Virus record (IMG/VR): IMGVR_UViG_3300042914_002678
Direction: 5' to 3' (one strand)
Length of the DNA stretch: 64,000 bases
Origin: a virus
Lineage: Duplodnaviria > Caudoviricetes
Shown: piece after piece, positions 38,271-46,914 of the stretch
How the letters are laid out: every line of letters starts with the position of its first letter
Position numbering within the stretch: the stretch's first letter is position 1
Notes under the pieces: generated by a model
The model's input: the letters and a program-made list of their open reading frames with translations, nothing else
Database searches by the model: none
Told to the model about the DNA's origin: nothing
Translations under genes and position numbers: made by a program

Positions 38271-39746
38271 GTGATTGATACAACAGCAAATCTTGTTATT
38301 TCCAAGTCCAACGAAGTATTTTTAAAAATCAATACGGAACCTCATATTGAGTATGAGTTGAGAGACCATTTTAAATTTGAGGTTCCTAATGCCAAATTCA
38401 TGCCACAATATCGTGGTAGGAATTGGAATGGAGAAATCCATTTATATGATATGAGATCGAAACAGATTTATGTTGGTCTCTTAGATAAGATTGTATCTTT
38501 CTGTAAGCAATATGGATACACTTATAAGTTTGAAGATAATAAATTTTATGGTGCCCCATATGAAGAGAATGAGCAAATCTCTTATGAGGGTGTCAAGGAT
38601 TACATGCATTCCATTTGTGCCCATACTCCCAGGAAGTATCAAATTGAGGGAGTATATGGTGCCCTAAAGCATAATAGAAAACTATTGATAAGCCCCACTG
38701 CGAGCGGCAAATCACTGATGATTTATTCTCTCGTAAGATATTATGTGGATAAAGGCGAAAAAATTCTTCTAGTTGTTCCGACGACATCTCTTGTAGAACA
38801 GATGTACAAGGATTTCCTTGATTATGGTTGGGATGCTGATTCATATTGTCACCGTATCTATTCTGGTAGAGAGAAAACGAATGAATATCCAGTAACAATT
38901 ACAACTTGGCAATCTGTATACAAACTAGAGCGTTCATTCTTTGAAGACTATGGTTGCATTATAGGTGATGAAGCACATTTATTCAAGAGCAAATCTCTAA
39001 TTGAGATTATGACAAAACTTCATCATGCAAAATATAGATTTGGTTTTACTGGAACTTTAGATGGAACACAAACTCACAAGTGGGTTCTTGAAGGTTTGTT
39101 TGGACCATCATATAAGGTAACAAAAACTGAAGAACTGATGAGGCAAGGGCACCTATCCCAGTTGGATATTCAATGCCTAGTTCTAAAGCACACTCCACAA
39201 AATTTCCAAACTTATGAGGATGAAATCCAGTATTTAATTTCTCATGAGCAAAGGAATAACTTTATTAGAAACTTAACTTTAGATCTAAAAGGAAATACTC
39301 TTGTGCTATTCAGCAGAGTAGAAGCACACGGAGCAATACTTTACGACAAGATAAATAAGAACAAAGGTGAAAATCGTAAAGTATTCTTTGTCCATGGCGG
39401 TGTTGATGCAGAAGAAAGAGAGTTAGTTAGAGAAATAACGGAAAGAGAAAACAACGCAATTATTGTTGCCTCTTATGGAACTTTTTCTACTGGTATCAAC
39501 ATTAAAAATCTCCATAATGTTATCTTTGCCTCACCAAGTAAGTCACGTATTAGAAATTTGCAATCAATTGGACGAGTACTTAGAAAAGGAAAAGACAAAG
39601 TAAAAGCCGTCCTTTATGATATTGCTGATGACTGCACAAATAAATCAAAAAGAAATTATACTTTAAATCATTTTATCGAAAGAATTAAAATTTACAATGA
39701 AGAAAAGTTTAACTATGAAATAATTACAATTCAGTTAAAGGTATGA
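38271..39746 (+). CDS. uvsW: RNA-DNA / DNA helicase UvsW
   Basis: SPTASGKS (Walker A), GDEAH, GFTGTL, ASYGTFSTGINI and QSIGRVLR SF2 motifs. Confidence 0.97.
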   Translation: MIDTTANLVISKSNEVFLKINTEPHIEYELRDHFKFEVPNAKFMPQYRGRNWNGEIHLYDMRSKQIYVGLLDKIVSFCKQYGYTYKFEDNKFYGAPYEENEQISYEGVKDYMHSICAHTPRKYQIEGVYGALKHNRKLLISPTASGKSLMIYSLVRYYVDKGEKILLVVPTTSLVEQMYKDFLDYGWDADSYCHRIYSGREKTNEYPVTITTWQSVYKLERSFFEDYGCIIGDEAHLFKSKSLIEIMTKLHHAKYRFGFTGTLDGTQTHKWVLEGLFGPSYKVTKTEELMRQGHLSQLDIQCLVLKHTPQNFQTYEDEIQYLISHEQRNNFIRNLTLDLKGNTLVLFSRVEAHGAILYDKINKNKGENRKVFFVHGGVDAEERELVREITERENNAIIVASYGTFSTGINIKNLHNVIFASPSKSRIRNLQSIGRVLRKGKDKVKAVLYDIADDCTNKSKRNYTLNHFIERIKIYNEEKFNYEIITIQLKV

Positions 39747-40135
39747 TGGAAGAAGATTTTTATGCAACACTAAAATTAAAAACAGGTGAGGAAGTATTTG
39801 CTAAAGTAGCAGCTTCTGAAGAAGAAGATAGAACACTGCTCTTAGTTTCAAATCCTGTTATAATATCTGAGATTAAAACTAAATTTGGTGTAGTTGGATA
39901 TAAAGTAGAACCTTGGTTGAAAACAACAACAGAAGATTTATTCATTTTAAATATTGAAGATGTTTTAACTATGTCAGAATCTTCAGATATTGAAATGATT
40001 ATGATTTATCAGAAATTTGTTCGTCAATCACAGAAAGACTCAGGCAATCCATCCAAGTTAAACCGAAGAATGGGATATATTGCCAATGTGAATGATGCTA
40101 AAGAGATACTAGAAAAGATCTTTAAAAGTAGCTAA
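39743..40135 (+). CDS. Conserved hypothetical protein (Sm-like pattern)
   Basis: LKLKTGEEVFAKV...EPWLK pattern; occupies the usual slot between uvsW and gp55. Confidence 0.7.
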   Translation: MMEEDFYATLKLKTGEEVFAKVAASEEEDRTLLLVSNPVIISEIKTKFGVVGYKVEPWLKTTTEDLFILNIEDVLTMSESSDIEMIMIYQKFVRQSQKDSGNPSKLNRRMGYIANVNDAKEILEKIFKSS

Positions 40136-40155
40136 AGCTAATCTTTTCAACCTCC

Positions 40156-40215
40156 ACAAAGGTAATTGTACAGGTTTTGAAGTACCTTGTCAAGTATTTA
40201 AAAGTATGTTAGTAT
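40156..40215 (+). promoter_or_regulatory. Sigma70-type promoter for gp55, overlapped by an inverted repeat
   Basis: -35 TTGTCA (40187-92), 17 nt spacer, -10 TAGTAT (40210-15). ACAAAGGTA (40156-64) pairs with TACCTTGT (40183-90). Confidence 0.6.
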
Positions 40216-40240
40216 TCATACATAATAATGATAAAAACTT

Positions 40241-40738
40241 ATGATTACCACAGCAGTTATGGTTCACAAAAAGAGGTCTGAGCATTATGTTAATAATAAG
40301 GAGTTTCTTGCTGCACTAATTAAGTATCGTGAAGACAAAGAAATCGCAGAGATTCAGGGAAAACCAAAACCTCCAATTCCACGCTACATCGGAGAGTGTT
40401 TCCTGAAGATTGCTAATCACCTTTCCTTCAAACCAAACTTCGTGAACTACATGTTCAAAGAGGACATGATTTCTGATGGTATTGAGAATTGCGTTCAGTA
40501 TATTCACAATTTCAATCCAGAGAAGTCACAAAATCCTTTTGCATATTTCACTCAAATTATTCACTATGCTTTCCTCCGTCGTATTCAAAGAGAAAAGCGT
40601 CAGTTAGAAATCAAGAACAAAATTCTTGAGCGTTCTGGTTTCTCAGAAGTTTTTGCAGATGACAATACGGTTGACGGTGGTAACTATTCCGACTATAATT
40701 CAATTAAGGATGGTGTCCATAGTAAGCTTCGTTATTGA
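40241..40738 (+). CDS. gp55: Late transcription sigma factor gp55
   Basis: HYVNNKEFL, YIGECFLKIA, MISDGIENC and NPFAYFTQI motifs. Confidence 0.97.
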   Translation: MITTAVMVHKKRSEHYVNNKEFLAALIKYREDKEIAEIQGKPKPPIPRYIGECFLKIANHLSFKPNFVNYMFKEDMISDGIENCVQYIHNFNPEKSQNPFAYFTQIIHYAFLRRIQREKRQLEIKNKILERSGFSEVFADDNTVDGGNYSDYNSIKDGVHSKLRY

Positions 40739-41779
40739 ATGAAAGTTGCAATTATTACAGATCAGCACTTTGGAGCAAGGAAGAACTCTAAACTCTTTCA
40801 TGATTATTTCCTAAAGTTCTACAATAATGTATTTTTCCCTACACTCGAAGAGCAAGGGATTACTACCGTTGTAGATATGGGAGATACTTTTGATAGTCGT
40901 AAAGGAATTGACTTCTCTGCTCTCTCTTGGTCTAAGAATAACTACTATGATCGTCTCCAAGAGATGGGTGTAAAAGTTCATACCATCGTTGGAAATCATA
41001 CTGCATATTATAAGAATACTAATCAAGTAAATGCAGTTGATTTGCTTTTACGAGAATATGATAATGTGACTGTTTACTCGGAACCAACTGAAGTGATGTT
41101 GGGTAAACTACCCGTACTTTTTATACCTTGGATTAATCAAGAAAATGAAGCAAATACTCTTAAACTTATTGAAAAGACATCTTGCCCGTGCGCGATGGGG
41201 CACCTTGAACTCCAAGGATTTAGAGTTAATAAACAAATCGTCATGGAGCATGGTTTGGAGAGCAAACTATTTGAAAAGTTCTCCAGGGTCTACTCTGGAC
41301 ACTATCACACTAGATCGGATAACGGAACAGTCTTCTATCTAGGAAATCCGTATGAAATGTTCTGGAATGATGTTAATGATACCAGAGGATTTCATATTTT
41401 TGATACTGAAACGGTAACTCACGAACCTATCAACAATCCTTTTAGATTGTTTTATAACATCTACTATGAGGATAATGATTATCAAACTTTTGATACTCGT
41501 GAGTATGAAAATAAAATCGTAAGAATTATCGTCCGTAAAAAAACAAATACTAAAAAGTTTGAGAAGTTTGTTGACAAATTATATGCATCCGGAATAGCAG
41601 AACTTAAAATTGTAGAGAACTTCCAAATAAAAGAAAATGAGGAGTTTGAAGCATTTGAGTCTGAAGATACCCTTTCTATTTTGAATAGATATATTGAGGA
41701 GGCAGAAATCAATCTTGATAAATCAATCGTCAAAAAAATGATTGATGAGATATATCAAGAGGCATGTGAACTAATCTAA
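40739..41779 (+). CDS. gp47: Recombination endonuclease subunit gp47 (Mre11/SbcD-like)
   Basis: Metallophosphoesterase motifs DQHFG, GDTFD, GNH, GHLE and SGHYH. Confidence 0.96.
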   Translation: MKVAIITDQHFGARKNSKLFHDYFLKFYNNVFFPTLEEQGITTVVDMGDTFDSRKGIDFSALSWSKNNYYDRLQEMGVKVHTIVGNHTAYYKNTNQVNAVDLLLREYDNVTVYSEPTEVMLGKLPVLFIPWINQENEANTLKLIEKTSCPCAMGHLELQGFRVNKQIVMEHGLESKLFEKFSRVYSGHYHTRSDNGTVFYLGNPYEMFWNDVNDTRGFHIFDTETVTHEPINNPFRLFYNIYYEDNDYQTFDTREYENKIVRIIVRKKTNTKKFEKFVDKLYASGIAELKIVENFQIKENEEFEAFESEDTLSILNRYIEEAEINLDKSIVKKMIDEIYQEACELI

Positions 41780-42051
41780 TGTTTATCCTAACAATTAAGG
41801 GGAGAGAATCTGAAGGCGCATACTCAGTATCTGATGATGATGGAGAACAAATATTATATTTGTTTGAAGAGGAAGATGATGCAGTTAGATATGCTTTGAT
41901 GTTGGAAGATAATGATTTCCCCGAAATGCATGTAATTGAGATAGAAGATGATGTAATGATAAAGACCTGCGAAATTCATGATTACAAGTATGTGGTCATC
42001 ACCCCTAATGATATTGTGATTCCTCCCGAGACTGAATATGATTTTATTTAA
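41779..42051 (+). CDS. Conserved hypothetical protein
   Basis: 90 aa with LYLFEEEDDAVRYA; overlaps both gp47 and gp46. Confidence 0.75.
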   Translation: MFILTIKGRESEGAYSVSDDDGEQILYLFEEEDDAVRYALMLEDNDFPEMHVIEIEDDVMIKTCEIHDYKYVVITPNDIVIPPETEYDFI

Positions 42052-43750
42052 AACAATTCGTTGGAAAAATTTTCTCAGCACTGGAAATCAATATACTGAA
42101 GTTGATTTTAGAAAGAATAAAACAAATTTAATCATCGGAACAAATGGTGCTGGTAAATCCACTGTTCTTGATGCTCTTACTTTTTCTTTGTTTGGAAAAC
42201 CTTTCCGAAAAATCAATAAACCCCAACTTATCAATTCTGTGAACGAAAAGGATTGTAAAGTTGAAGTTGAGTTTTCTATTGGAAACACTGAATGGAAAGT
42301 CGTAAGGGGAATTAAACCTGCTGTATTTGAAATCTGGAGGAATGGTGCTGTTTTAGATCAGTCTGCAGCTGCTTTGGATCAGCAAAAGTGGTTAGAGCAG
42401 AATGTTCTTAAAATGAACTATAAGTCTTTTACTCAGATTGTAATTCTGGGTAGTAGTACCTTTGTACCTTTTATGCAACTTTCTGCTGCTCATCGAAGGG
42501 AAGTCATTGAAGATTTGTTGGATATTAAAATCTTCTCGTCAATGAATTCTCTGATAAAAGAAAAAATCAGACAATCAAAAGAAGATATCAAAGTTCTTGA
42601 ACTTAAGAAAGAATCTTTCCTTGATAAAGTCAAGATGCAACAGAGTTTCATTGAGGAACTTGAGAATCGTGGTAATGCCAATATAAATGCCAACAAAGAA
42701 AAGATTGCCAATTTAGATAGTGAAATTGGCAATTACTTGAAAGAAAACGAGTCTGTAGAGGAACCACTTAGAGCACTCATTCGTGAGCAAGATTCCCTCA
42801 CTGGATATGCTGAGAAACTCCGTAAGTTAGGAAACCTTAAAGGTAAGATATCTCAGAAAGTATCTACGATTACTAAAGAGCATAAGTTCTTCACTGAAAA
42901 TACGGTATGCCCCACATGCACTCAGTCCATTGAGGAGACCTTCAGAATAAATAGAATTAAGGACGCTCAAGATAAAGCAAAGGAGTTGCAATCTGGTTAT
43001 AAAGAACTAGAGGAGGCAATTAAAGAGGAAGAAGAGCGAGAGCGTCAATTTAATACTCTATCGAAGGAGATTTCTAAATTAACGAATGGCATTTCTCAAA
43101 ACAATATTCAGATTAATGGATTGCGAAAGCAAATCAGAAATCTTGAACAAGAAATTCAAGTTCTTACCGAGAACCTTGCAAACAGAAATTCTGAACATGA
43201 GAAACTAGAATCCTTCAAAGAAAATTTAAAAACTACATACGACGAACTCGCTTCTAGAAAAGACACAATTAACTACTACGATTTTTCGTATAGTTTGCTT
43301 AAAGACGGTGGAGTAAAAACCAAAATCATTAAGAAGTATCTACCGCTGATAAATCAGCAAGTTAACCGTTATCTTCAGATGATGGATTTTTATATTAACT
43401 TCACTCTTGATGAGGAATTTAACGAAACCGTCCAGTCACCTATTCACGAAGATTTCTCCTATGCTTCCTTTAGTGAAGGGGAGAAAATGAGAATCGACCT
43501 AGCACTTCTTTTCACTTGGAGAGAAGTTGCAAGAATGAAAAATTCAGTCAATACAAATCTTCTCATTATGGATGAGGTGTTTGATTCTTCCCTTGATGGT
43601 GAAGGAACAGGTGAGTTTCTTAAGATCATTCGTTATGTGATTAAAGACGCTAACATCTTTGTTATCTCCCACAAGACTGGTCTAGAGGACAGATTTGAAA
43701 GTGTCATAAAGTTTGAGAAAGTCAAAGGTTTTTCGCGTATGGTGGTCTGA
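42038..43750 (+). CDS. gp46: Recombination ATPase subunit gp46 (Rad50/SbcC-like)
   Basis: GTNGAGKS, Zn-hook CPTC, FSEGEK signature and LIMDEVFDSSLD. Confidence 0.97.
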   Translation: MILFKTIRWKNFLSTGNQYTEVDFRKNKTNLIIGTNGAGKSTVLDALTFSLFGKPFRKINKPQLINSVNEKDCKVEVEFSIGNTEWKVVRGIKPAVFEIWRNGAVLDQSAAALDQQKWLEQNVLKMNYKSFTQIVILGSSTFVPFMQLSAAHRREVIEDLLDIKIFSSMNSLIKEKIRQSKEDIKVLELKKESFLDKVKMQQSFIEELENRGNANINANKEKIANLDSEIGNYLKENESVEEPLRALIREQDSLTGYAEKLRKLGNLKGKISQKVSTITKEHKFFTENTVCPTCTQSIEETFRINRIKDAQDKAKELQSGYKELEEAIKEEEERERQFNTLSKEISKLTNGISQNNIQINGLRKQIRNLEQEIQVLTENLANRNSEHEKLESFKENLKTTYDELASRKDTINYYDFSYSLLKDGGVKTKIIKKYLPLINQQVNRYLQMMDFYINFTLDEEFNETVQSPIHEDFSYASFSEGEKMRIDLALLFTWREVARMKNSVNTNLLIMDEVFDSSLDGEGTGEFLKIIRYVIKDANIFVISHKTGLEDRFESVIKFEKVKGFSRMVV

Positions 43751-43764
43751 ACCACCTAAGAATA

Positions 43765-43986
43765 ATGAAAGTTCCAAACTGGCAACACCACTCCCGCAAG
43801 GAGCAGAAACGAAAACTTAAACCGCAAGCACTGAGGCAAGCCAAAGCACGACTCGCCCATTTCAAAAAGCGTCACATGGGTCGTCCTAAGGGCGACCTTT
43901 CGTTGTATGATGGGTACATACGAAACGAAACCGATGCCTGTTCGCCACGAAATCAAATCTCAACTTGCCAAACTGCTTGCCACTGA
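43765..43986 (+). CDS. Small basic protein (K/R-rich N-terminal ~38 aa); tail overlaps the downstream promoter and gene
   Basis: MKVPNWQHHSRKEQKRKLKPQALRQAKAR resembles a small ORF seen after gp46 in T4-like cyanophages (recognised from memory). Confidence 0.55.
   Translation: MKVPNWQHHSRKEQKRKLKPQALRQAKARLAHFKKRHMGRPKGDLSLYDGYIRNETDACSPRNQISTCQTACH
43857..43911 (+). promoter_or_regulatory. Early-type promoter element: CCAnTT-N4-AAnnGTCAC box, hairpin and -10
   Basis: CCATTTCAAAAAGCGTCAC (43857-75), hairpin GGTCGTCC-TAA-GGGCGACC (43879-97), then TTTCGTTG and TATGAT (43906-11). Same layout as 46827-46881. Confidence 0.6.
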
Positions 43987-46120
43987 GGATTTGGTGGTTG
44001 AGCACAAGAGTGTTTCTACCGCTTGCTTCAATGTTCACACTCGGGTCTTGACTCTTCCTCTCTGGGAGAAAGCAAGTGGAACTGTCTATGACCTTCTTGT
44101 TGGACACGAAGTAGGACACGCTCTCTTCACTCCTGATGAAGATTGGTTGGATAAAGTAAAGGTTCCTCAACAGTTTGTGAACATTGTTGAAGATGCCCGT
44201 GTAGAAAAACTGATGAAGCGCAAGTATGCTGGACTTGCTAAGACTTTCTTTAATGGTTATAAGGAACTGAACGAAGAAGATTTCTTTCAGATTGCCGATG
44301 ATGATATTTCTACTTTCAATCTTGCTGACCGAGTAAATCTTTACTTCAAGGTTGGAAACTTTATTACTCTGGATTTCAAACCAGAGGAGCAGGAAATCAT
44401 CAATCTGATTTCTGTGTCTGAAACTTTTGCAGATGTTCTGATTGCTGCAGAAGAACTTTACAAGTATTGTAAGAAAGAAAAGGAACAGGAACAAAAGGTT
44501 GCTGACTTTGATTCGCATGAAATGCAAGGAGATTCTCGGTCTCCCGCAAACGAAATTGTGGAAACTAATGACTCCTCTTCTGAACAGGAAGATGATAGTG
44601 ATAACTCCCAACCTAAGGAGGATGATGGTTCCTACGGTGGAACTGCTCAGGGAGATCAAACCCCAGTTAAATCTTCGGGTGAGGAAGATGAACCTGAAGT
44701 TCGCACTGCAGATTCTTTAGAAGAAAAGATTCGTGACCTTGTGGGAAATGACGCATATGATAATACTTATGTTGAAGTTCCCCAACTGAATCTGGAGACT
44801 GTTATTGCTAAAAACTCTGATATTCATAAGGATATTGACCACTCATTTTCTAATCAACAGAAAATTCATAATGACTGGGCTGCTGGGCATGGAGTTGAAC
44901 CAACAAATCTCTATAAGATTTCTGACACTGAATTCAAGAAGTTCAAGTCCTCTGCACAGAAAGAAGTGAACTATCTTGTGAAAGAGTTTGAATGTCGTAA
45001 AGCAGCAGATCAATATGCTCGTGCTTCAACTGCTCGCACTGGTGTTCTTGATACTGCACGTCTTCATACCTACAAGTACAATGAAGACTTGTTCAAAAAG
45101 GTTTCTGTAATTCCTGACGGTAAGAATCATGGTCTGGTGTTTGTACTGGATTGGAGTGGTTCTATGTCCGAAGTAATGCTTGATACTTGTAAGCAACTCT
45201 TCAATCTTGTATGGTTCTGTAAGAAAGTTTCTATTCCTTTTGAGGTTTATGCTTTCACTAATGAATGGCGGCGCGGTGAGTATGATTATGAAAATGAACG
45301 TTACATTGCTGCTGATCGTACCCCTCATTATGATGGGAAAGAAAGTTTGTTGATTGTGGATGAAACTTTCTCTATGATGAACATTCTTACCAGTAAAGTT
45401 TCTGGTAAAGATCTAGAGCATCAACTTCTCAATATCTGGCGTCTTGCATATTGCTTTGGTAGGCAGTATCAGTGTCACTATACATATTCTCATCGTATGT
45501 GTCTTTCTGGCACTCCATTGAATGAGGCATTGATTTCTCTTCACCAAATTCTCCCTAAGTTTCAGAAGGAAAATAAACTGCAAAAGGTTCAGTGTATTGT
45601 TCTGACTGATGGTGAAGCAAACCAACTGACTTATCACAAAGAAGTACGACGTTCTTACTCCAAAGAACCTGTCCTTGGTAGTGGTTATGTACATCCTCAC
45701 AATACTCTTCTTCGTGACCGTAAACTTGGAACCACTTATAAAATTGACCATGGGTATCACACTTTTACGGATACTCTCCTCAATAACCTAAAGGATAAGT
45801 TTTCATCTACAAACTTTATCGGCATTCGTGTTCTTGAAAGTAGGAATGCTCAGCGGTTTATCAGTCTCTATCATTCTCAACTTGATAAACAGTATGAGAA
45901 AATTCAGAATGACTGGAGGAAACTGAGGAGTTTTACTATTACTAACTCTGGTTATGATGCCTACTTTGGAATGTCTGCAACTGCCCTTGCTCAGGAATCC
46001 GAGTTTGAAGTTGCCGAATGTGCTACAAAATCTCAAATTAAAACTGCATTTTTGAAGTCTCTGAAGACCAAGAAACTCAACAAAAAAGTTCTTGGTGAGT
46101 TCATTTCTCTTGTGGCATAA
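43934..46120 (+). CDS. Metallopeptidase-motif (HExxH) plus vWA/MIDAS protein (CobT-like)
   Basis: HEVGH, NIVEDARVE, MIDAS DWSGS, SGTPL and LTDGE motifs. Start moved to MPVRHEIK (43934) because the track ATG at 43907 lies in the -10 box. Confidence 0.85.
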   Translation: MPVRHEIKSQLAKLLATEDLVVEHKSVSTACFNVHTRVLTLPLWEKASGTVYDLLVGHEVGHALFTPDEDWLDKVKVPQQFVNIVEDARVEKLMKRKYAGLAKTFFNGYKELNEEDFFQIADDDISTFNLADRVNLYFKVGNFITLDFKPEEQEIINLISVSETFADVLIAAEELYKYCKKEKEQEQKVADFDSHEMQGDSRSPANEIVETNDSSSEQEDDSDNSQPKEDDGSYGGTAQGDQTPVKSSGEEDEPEVRTADSLEEKIRDLVGNDAYDNTYVEVPQLNLETVIAKNSDIHKDIDHSFSNQQKIHNDWAAGHGVEPTNLYKISDTEFKKFKSSAQKEVNYLVKEFECRKAADQYARASTARTGVLDTARLHTYKYNEDLFKKVSVIPDGKNHGLVFVLDWSGSMSEVMLDTCKQLFNLVWFCKKVSIPFEVYAFTNEWRRGEYDYENERYIAADRTPHYDGKESLLIVDETFSMMNILTSKVSGKDLEHQLLNIWRLAYCFGRQYQCHYTYSHRMCLSGTPLNEALISLHQILPKFQKENKLQKVQCIVLTDGEANQLTYHKEVRRSYSKEPVLGSGYVHPHNTLLRDRKLGTTYKIDHGYHTFTDTLLNNLKDKFSSTNFIGIRVLESRNAQRFISLYHSQLDKQYEKIQNDWRKLRSFTITNSGYDAYFGMSATALAQESEFEVAECATKSQIKTAFLKSLKTKKLNKKVLGEFISLVA

Positions 46121-46123
46121 ATA
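46117..46123 (+). promoter_or_regulatory. Late promoter (ATAAATA) within the early/middle region
   Basis: Overlaps the stop of the vWA gene, 25 nt before ORF 46148. Confidence 0.65.
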
Positions 46124-46147
46124 CCTAAAAAGTATTTTGCATATAAA

Positions 46148-46660
46148 ATGAGAACATTCCAGGAGTTTATGTCAGAATGTTATTCTCTTCAGGAGACTTC
46201 TCTTACTCGTGTAATGAGCAAGTCAAAGAAGGGTGGTATGGCAATTATGTCTGCCCAAAGAGGCGATAAATCAAAAGCAGAAAACAAAGCACGTTCAAAA
46301 CAACTTGAAAAGGATGTGAGGGGTGCTGGTCTTCCTGGACCTACTAAAGTTGCTGGTAGATACACGGAAAATCCTGGAACTCCTCAGGAGAAAAAAGTAG
46401 GAGAGAAATCTCACGTTATTACTCCTGGTAAAAAGGGTAAGAGAAAATTTAAAAAGGCGATTGAAAAACTTGGTAAAAAGTATGACCAAGATTCTGTATT
46501 GCTTCAACGCAAAAAAGGTGGAGAAGCAACTCTTAAAGGAACTTCAAAAACCTCTTGGCCAGGTAAAGGAAAGAATGTTAAAATAGGTAGTATGAAACCT
46601 GGTAGAACTGGTGAGTTTGATACCAAAGTTAAAAACAAAACATTTACAGTTGAAAAATGA
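46148..46660 (+). CDS. Basic protein with capsid-targeting-like N-terminus (DUF3293-like pattern)
   Basis: Begins MRTFQEFMSE. AIMSAQR...G.Y.E...EKS...LGKKYDQDSVL pattern. Confidence 0.7.
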   Translation: MRTFQEFMSECYSLQETSLTRVMSKSKKGGMAIMSAQRGDKSKAENKARSKQLEKDVRGAGLPGPTKVAGRYTENPGTPQEKKVGEKSHVITPGKKGKRKFKKAIEKLGKKYDQDSVLLQRKKGGEATLKGTSKTSWPGKGKNVKIGSMKPGRTGEFDTKVKNKTFTVEK

Positions 46661-46842
46661 AATCTAAATTTCCACTTGAACACGTTGTTAAATATGACAC
46701 CAAAGAAGTTTGGGTAAAGTGTGATAGTTCTATTACCGCGATGGGTATTAATGCTATGGTTGAAAAATATTATCCTGGTTATAAAGGACATATTGGTAGC
46801 AAGGAGTACCTGGAGACACTTCGGAACCAGTTGGCAAACTGA
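46657..46842 (+). CDS. Small hypothetical protein
   Basis: 61 aa with an ATGA overlap on the upstream gene. Confidence 0.65.
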   Translation: MKSKFPLEHVVKYDTKEVWVKCDSSITAMGINAMVEKYYPGYKGHIGSKEYLETLRNQLAN

Positions 46843-46881
46843 CCACAGGGGTCCCAAACGGACCCCTTTTTCGTTTATAAT
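46827..46881 (+). promoter_or_regulatory. Early-type promoter: CCAGTT-N4-AACTG box, hairpin and -10 TATAAT
   Basis: CCAGTTGGCAAACTGACCAC (46827-46), hairpin GGGGTCC-CAAAC-GGACCCC (46848-66) with T-tract, TATAAT (46876-81). Confidence 0.7.
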
Positions 46882-46914
46882 GACTAGGTTGAAACAAAAC
46901 AAATCGCCCAAATT

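Noticed and set aside
43907-43933. ORF-track start for the vWA protein
   Set aside because: The ATG is part of the TATGAT -10 box, so it would not be in the transcript; 43934 is preferred.
43886-44659. 257-aa minus-strand ORF
   Set aside because: Antisense shadow of the vWA-peptidase gene, with an F/L/I-rich composition typical of reverse-complemented K/E codons.
37207-46866. Identical GGGGTCC/GGACCCC stems at 37207 and 46848 as a mobile repeat
   Set aside because: Only 7-bp arms with different loops and flanks; adequately explained as similar terminator hairpins.
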